Origin: the human T2T-CHM13v2.0 reference genome, Homo sapiens
Assembly: GCF_009914755.1 (NCBI RefSeq)
Contig: NC_060928.1
Strand: one strand, 5' to 3'
Length of the DNA: 64,000 nt
A program made the translations under genes and the position numbers. Every line of letters starts with the position of its first letter. Position 1 is the stretch's first letter. The notes beneath the pieces were generated by a model. It did no database searches and had not been told where the DNA came from. It was given only the letters and a program-made list of their open reading frames with translations. Shown piece by piece: positions 54,320 to 64,000 of the stretch.

Positions 54320-55160
54320 AAGAGAAAATCTTTGTCACAATTGACATGTTCACTAATATAGAAAACCCAAAAGAAGAAACTGAGTAATTATTAGAATCTT
54401 AAAGGGTGTTGTGTGTTTGCTGGATATAAGATGAATGTGTGAATATAAATTGCATTTTTATGTATTCTTCAAAAATTATAAAACATGCTCTAAGTTATTT
54501 TCAATAAAAACAAAAAAATGCATAGGGATAAATCTAGCAAAATATGTGAAGATCTTCATGTAGAAAATATTTTAAACTATTAAAAGGAATTAAATAAGAA
54601 CTGTGGATCTTATTTAATTATAAGTAAATGGAGAGATTGAGAAATAAATAAATGGAGAGATTGAGTTTGGTCATGGATAAGAAGATTTGATGCCATAAAA
54701 TAGGCAATTATTCCCAAACTGATATATTGATCCAATGAATTGTAATAAAAATCCAAATAAAATTTTTGTCCCTAAGATTTGGCATGCTGATTTTAAGATT
54801 TATATGGAATATCAAAAAGTTATGAGTAGCTAAGAATTTGTAAGGAAAAATAGAAATGTAAGAAGGCTTACTCTAGATATCAAGAATTATAAGGTGAAAG
54901 TGATTAAGATGTCAAGGTTGTGGCACAAAAATGTAAAATATGATCAATGAAACACAACCAGGGGCCTAAAACCATATCATCCATATACTGACATTTAAAA
55001 TATTATACTCTTTTGTTCAATTGTTTGTTTGTTTTGGAAGTTAAATAGAGAAAAGTTGCAGAATTTAATTAATAGTATTGACAAAATAAGTTTATTATAT
55101 GAAAAAAAAGAGGAAGGAATTCCCTAAATTATCTATTTACAAAAAAAAATTAATGAGATC
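54320..55160 (+). mobile_element. Old L1M/L1ME ORF2 fragment
   Basis: atatagaaaacccaaaaga...catagggataaatctagcaaaatatgtgaagatc...gctgattttaagatttatatggaa. Confidence 0.75.
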
Positions 55161-55232
55161 ACACATCATAGCACATACAGACATTATTCCCAGATTAAGT
55201 TTCCATGAGTTTGAGATTAGACCCATGGATCC

Positions 55233-55662
55233 TGGGACAGTTAATTTTATGAGTCCACTTGACTAGGCCACAGGATCCGAGATAGTTCCTTGAATTAGTC
55301 TGGGTATTTCTGTGAGGGTATTTTTGATGCGATTAACATTTAAAGTTATAGACTGAGTAAAGAAAATTGTCCATAATGTGTGTAGGCCCCTTCCAATCAC
55401 TTGAAAGCCTAAATAGAGTAAAAAGCTGACCCTTCTCCAAGTAAGAGAATTCTCTTGCCTGACAGCCTTCAAACTGTAGCACTGGCTCTTCCTGGTTCTA
55501 CAGAAGCTACTAGTTTTACAGCTAGAACTAAGACACTGACTGTGTGGATTTTGGACTTGCTACTCACCACAATTATGTGAACGAATTCCTTATAATAAAT
55601 CTTTATTATCTGTATATATAGCTCCTATTAGTTCTGTATCTAGGGAGAATTATGAATACTAC
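55233..55662 (+). mobile_element. MLT2C/D-like solo LTR
   Basis: gttaattttatgagtccacttgactaggccacag...ctgtgagggtatttttgatg...ctcctattagttctgtatctagggagaa. Confidence 0.8.
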
Positions 55663-57108
55663 AAGAACTATAATGCTTTCAAAAATTTAAACCTAAGCTT
55701 AATACAGGAAATTAATTTGCTGTTTTAATGATTGCCATCAAAATTGTCCCAGCTACAAAACATGGATTCTAGTAAAAAGAGTGTGTAAACAAGAATTTAG
55801 TGTTTGTGGTATTGATAAGATTCCATATGTGGTTTTACAATTGGAAGGAATCCAAGAGTTTTCTATTAAATACTCTTCATGTGTCTTCAGGTCTACAAAT
55901 GCAGCCCTGTTGCTTTGTGTTCAGGAGCCATGTACTCAAGAACACAGGGAAAAACAACACTGTACCACAGTGTTGATATTAAAGGGTTTAAGTATACCTG
56001 GTGCTAAGAAGTATTAAATAAACACCCTACAGACTTAAAAATTAGGGAAGATTTCTCCTTTCATGTAATACTCCTTCAGTTTCAATTAGGATATTTTGGG
56101 AGAATCTGCATTGTTAATAATACCTTGCTGATGATTTTAATATCTAGTAAAGAATGATTAGCTAAAGGGGGAAAAGCTAAAATCTAGCATAAGGCAACTG
56201 ATCCAAAAGGCAAACAACTGTGGAGGATGGGAAGAAAGAGAAGTAAATATCCCACAGTGTTATGACTAAGGGTTGCTGAGTATTTCTGTGCTCCTGTGTG
56301 TACTGAGAGCCTGTAACAGCTGGGGGAGGAATTAATCATTAACTTTCACCAGACTAAAATAGGTTAAAAACTGAGGGAAGAACCTCAGCAAAAACTGATA
56401 GTCAGGGAAAGGGCTGAAGACTGAAAAAAGATTGCTGTATTTTAGAATATGCTTTTCAAATTAAAAAGTGGATGAAGAAATGAAAGAACCATTGAGTAGG
56501 GGAAAGGTTAGAGAAAGCAGACTGATAATAGAGTTTGGCAAGATTAATTAATTTCCAACTTGCTTCCTTTCGGAAAGGACAACAATCTATATATGAAAAT
56601 GATAAAAAAAAAAGTGTCATCGTAGAAGAGAAGCCCTGAATAGGAGATAATAAAAATTCTCTTCAAGATCACTGAAGAGGTTCCTGCCTGCCACTCCATG
56701 CACATATACGCCTGTGCCAGCAGCACTGTGCCATTGCAAGGCATGAAATCGGCCATGCTCCTTCACACCTCTTTGACAAGCCAGAAAACTAAGGCCATAT
56801 TTCTACCAAGAACCAGCCTTTACATCTTGCAAACTCCACTTTTTCTGCTAATCAATATTTTCTTTTGCCGAATAAAGTTTTTGCTGAAGCACCATCACCT
56901 CTAAGAAACCCCACATTGTGTTGAGATAATTTTCTACCAATTGCCTCATACCATATGTATATCTCTATTATTGTACATACTCATTTTGTAATATTTCTAT
57001 TGCTAGTATATCTCTACCTTGAACTTTAAATTCCTAGAATTTAAAAATAATGTCTCTCTTCTTTATATCCTAGTTCAACAGAAGAGTGCAGGGAATGAAA
57101 CACATGTT

Positions 57109-57124
57109 AAATATATATATATAA

Positions 57125-57161
<37 letters not shown>
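57109..57161. repeat. (TA)n(CA)n microsatellite
   Basis: Direct read. Confidence 0.95.
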
Positions 57162-57162
<1 letters not shown>

Positions 57163-57165
<3 letters not shown>

Positions 57166-57561
57166 ATTAGTTTGCTAGGGCTGCCATAACAAAATACCAT
57201 ATACTAGGTGGCTTAAGCATCAGAATTTTATTTTCTCACAGTGCTGAAAGCTAGAATTCCAAGATAAGGCAGGTTTGGCTTCTTCCGAGACCTCTCTTCT
57301 TGGTGTGCAGATGGTCACCTTCTCACTGTGTCCTCACAGGGTCTTTCTTCTGTGCATGCACATCCTTGGTGTCTCTTTGTGTGTTCTAGTCTCCTTTACT
57401 TGCAAGAACACCGATGAATTTGGATTAGGATCCATCCTAAAGACCTCATTTTAACTTAATAACCAAACTAGAGGATCTATCTTCAAATATAGTCACATTA
57501 TGAGGTACCGGAGATGAGGACTTCAACATAGGAATTTTGGAGACACAATTCAACTCGTGAT
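57163..57561 (-). mobile_element. MLT1A/B-like solo LTR
   Basis: attagtttgctagggctgccataacaaaatacc...tagtcacattatgaggtac...gacacaattcaactc. Confidence 0.88.
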
Positions 57562-57577
57562 AGGTAGGTAGGTAGAC

Positions 57578-57626
<49 letters not shown>

Positions 57627-57688
57627 CATAGATACATAGATAGATAGATAGATACATAGATACATAGATAGAGAGGGATAGATGATAG
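57559..57688. repeat. Compound GATA tetranucleotide STR; pure (AGAT)12 at 57578-57625
   Basis: Direct read. Confidence 0.97.
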
Positions 57689-57899
57689 TATCAAATGAAG
57701 CAACAAATTAATTGATTATATTCCAATTATATAACGTGACTGTGACAAAAGTTAATAATAAAAAATGAATTTGCAAGTACGCTTGTGACATGCAAATGTG
57801 CCAATAATGTTCTAAACTTGTGGGGCAAGGAAGGTTGATTACGACAGCTGTAGATGGAAAAGCTACAAGGGTTTGCACAGTGCTTCATGTTGTGGCTCA

Positions 57900-58335
57900 G
57901 TTTATCATTTCAGCCTCTTCTTTTCCCTACCTGTATACTCTCTTCACTCCAACTATACCAAATGTACTCATTCTGGTTATAGTTCATATTTCCTTTGCTT
58001 GTATTTTTTTAAATGTTAGTTTCTTTCTACTAAACTCTCTTCCTCCCCAGTGAGGTTATCCTTCAAATCTTTGCTTGGATATTTACTTTTATTTTTTCTA
58101 TGATATATTCATTAATTCATTGTCCCCTCACACACAAACAATCTAGGTAACATACATCATGAAATTTTTTCTGCAATTGGACCTATTACATTATAATTGT
58201 CTTCTTGCCCATAATACCAACCAGACTCATAACTCTAGAAAAGAGGCTGTGTTTTCCTTGTTTGCACATTTTTTCTTATCACATGGTAAAATACATAAAA
58301 TATAACAATTATCAATTAATATTTGTAAAACAAAT
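57900..58335 (+). mobile_element. Degenerate L2 3' region
   Basis: Pyrimidine-rich text with tatccttcaaatcttgcttgg..., ccagactcataactctag...gctgtgttttcc, ending caattaatatttgt. Confidence 0.5.
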
Positions 58336-58344
58336 CAACCTAAA

Positions 58345-58900
58345 ATATATATAGGAAAATGGAAGGGTTGACATTAGAACCAATACAGGCTCACAGAGAA
58401 CAAATCATGCAGAAGTAACTTCATTTCTGTTTTCACAGGATTAGATGGCTAGTGGAACATGAAGGGTGCTTTCAACAATTTGACAGGCAAAATATCCATT
58501 TATTTATACTTGTGTTAAAGGTATAGAAATACCAGATGGTAGCACAATTATCTGATGTTAAATACGTTTAGAGATTAAGAGTTATGTCAATCTAAATAGA
58601 GCCCCATTTGTAATAAGTCACAGAGTTTCTTTAATAAACTCTGTGGAATGTTTCTAACAATTAAGGCATAGAAAATTTGCTTGTTACATAGGAATGGTTA
58701 ATTTATCAGATAACAAATTCAGTGCTAATAATGATTTTAGGAGAATGAAAGAGTTGTTATCGTTTGAGAATTATAAGATTGAAATGCTACGGATTGAATT
58801 TAGTATAAAATCAGTTATATAAGCAAAATATGAAAAAGATCTATATGTATCTGGAAACTGAACATAGAAAGCAATATAATACAGCTGTACATTTTACTTG
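58345..58900 (+). mobile_element. CR1/L3 LINE reverse-transcriptase relic
   Basis: aacaaatcatgcagaagtaacttcatttctgttttcacagg resembles the L3 RT segment (KSCxTNLISFFDR), followed by tttcaacaatttgaca (KAFD region). Confidence 0.6.
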
Positions 58901-58929
58901 AACCTAGGCAAATAATTAATTCATTTTAG

Positions 58930-59165
58930 AAACTATAATAATAGGTTAGGTTTTTAATGTATTTATACAACAGTACTATGATAGATGTTTTATATATATT
59001 ATTTAATTTACTCAATAACTCTAAAAGTAAGCTTTATAGCTATTCATATTTCAACACTGAGAAAGCTGTGGTTTAAAAGTATAATTTATTCATTCAAAGT
59101 TACACAGGTAATATGTTGTATAAAGAATTTTGAATCTATGCCTTTCTGTTTCTTAACTTCACAAT
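58930..59165 (-). mobile_element. Degenerate MIR
   Basis: ttatttaatttactcaataactcta...cactgag...attcaaagttacacaggtaat...aagaattttgaatctatgcctttctg. Confidence 0.6.
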
Positions 59166-61315
59166 TTTAAATACTCGATAATTTTAAATACAATTTAATT
59201 TCACAACTAAATACACAGCTATACGTTCTAGTTTATCGCTCTGGAATCCAAGGCAGATTTCTATCATTTATTATAAGCACCCTCGATTTTTCTCAGCTGG
59301 AATTTGGGATGCTGTAATCTGAAGAAACATGATTATGACTTCATTTCACAGCTAATTTCTTAAATATTTTAGCACATTAGAAATATTTTGTTTCCAAAGG
59401 TCTTTTTTTTAAAGGTAGAAGAGTGAGTGTGGTAAACACATTGTACTTCCAAATTTTGAATGCCAAAGCAATAACTAGTTTGTATTTGTTTTTAAAGCAG
59501 ACTAAAAACTCTCATTCTGCTGCCTTGTTGCTGTTCACTTTCATTTTGTTTTTATTTTTTTGAAAGCAGTTAACCAGCTGCACCTTCATTGAGCCTAGAA
59601 GATACAGTCTCATATATGAAAACACTTGTAACATATGGTTTTTAAGAATAAATTATTCTAGTTTTAGGAATAGTAGTTTTAATTGGTTTCAAAATACCTA
59701 TAATTGTATAAAATTTAAATAAATATTTCCTACTCTTTTAATAAATTATTATTCATTTAATTTATTTAATTTTTATCTTTGGATTCTCATTTCACCAAAG
59801 CAGGAAATTTCTGTGATTGAAATATAATAAAACTAAAAACAATATAAAATTATAAATAAAAATAGGTCTGACTAATATCAATTTAATAATTAAATTTTCT
59901 ATCTTATACTCTACCGTAAAGCTAAATTATACAATCTTCCATTATCTCCAAGTTTTCTGAAATCCTCAATTTTCCCACAACTCACCATAATCCTGTAACT
60001 ATGCACATTGTCAACAAACATCAGGGACCATCTGTTTTCCTTCTCACATTCTTCTTTCCTGATCCTTTAGGGTTCAGGCCTGCATGCTTCCAAGATACCC
60101 AGAGAGTTAACTGAAATCCTTATCTAATACGGATTCAGCAACAAAGACTGACTTGGTATTTCTGAATTATCATGGACCTAATATATCAACTTAATTGAGC
60201 CATTTAGTTACTAAATGCACTACCCCAAACCCAACAAAAACTCAAGTCAGTAAGCAAAATAATTGTAGTAAGATAAAATAAATTAATAAATAAAAACTTT
60301 AAAAGTACAAAGGAGGCAAACTCATTGTCCTGATTATCTTTGTAATTTTGGACTAAGGGCTATACATTTTGCTAAAGAGAAATGCAGCACTTTCTTCTGG
60401 ACTTATTCCCTTTACTTGGATTCATATAATACTTTTCAAACTTGATTCTAATGATTATATTTGTCCCTTTTAACACATTTCTTCTCAATTAAATACTTAT
60501 TTCTTTCCAACCAATTTATTGGTAAGCACCCCAAAATACACATGTACAATTTGGCTAGCACTGGAAACAAGAACAGCAAAAGAGATGGCCTTTGCAAATT
60601 TAATTTTGAGTTTTAATTGATATTTACACCATTGTGGCCAAAATTTGGATTGCTGAAATAATTAGCAATTTGAGTGTTGGGAATTCTAAAAAGGAAGTAA
60701 ATCACTCTATATACCTGCTAGACTGGAAGTGACACACATCACCACTTAAATTCCGTTGTTTTATACCTTAAAACAAAATAAAGAGTTTTGACTTGTAGTT
60801 CAGTATAAACCTAGAAAATGTTCAAAATTCTTTTAAATTAGTTACTTATGGTAAAGAAACATCATCCATGCTGTTTGCATATATTGACTGCATGGTATTC
60901 TACATTGCCTCCTACAAAGACTACTCATTAAAGCCAGGAAATTAACGTGGCCCTTAAATTTTAAGCTATGTTTTGTTAATGCAAAAATTATGTTGATTTT
61001 GTGAATCTCACCCTTTCAGATAGTACTGTTGTTATTCTTGTCTGTATTAATTTCATAGAAGGCTTAAGCGGGAATAAACCTGTAATTGTGGTTCAACTCA
61101 ACTATGTATTTAAAATGTTTTTCTTTCACTTAGTAATGGAATATTGTCAAAGGTCAATATGTGTTATGGCATGGATGAGAGCAGTCTTTGTACTATTTAT
61201 TTTTTGGATGAAATCAATATTCTATGTATTATACTGTATACTTAGCATATAAACTAGTGAACAAGATAGCTCTCTTGCCTTCAAGAAGCTTACCACAGAC
61301 GTTTAGAAAGATATA

Positions 61316-64000
<2,685 letters not shown>

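Overview
AT-rich primate (probably human or great ape) non-coding DNA that is mostly transposable-element remnants. By eye roughly half is LINE-1 of many ages (L1ME to L1PA). It also holds three complete MaLR proviruses (THE1B, MSTA/THE1D-like, THE1C), MLT2/MLT1 solo LTRs, five Alus, a hAT-Tip100 (MER45-type) DNA transposon with a transposase remnant, MIR/L2/CR1 relics and several microsatellites, including a ~280-bp GAA-based polypurine tract. I find no intact host protein-coding gene, RNA gene or CRISPR array, and the longer ORFs are L1, MaLR, Alu or simple-repeat artefacts. I do not see a convincing new biological system. The most interesting signals are two non-L1 inserts with A-tail-like ends inside L1 copies, a candidate minus-strand exon near 37.5-38.0 kb, twin-primed L1 inversions, hairpin-marked repair junctions and the cluster of full-length MaLRs. 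Subfamily names come from recalled consensus sequences, not a search, and boundaries of old elements are approximate.
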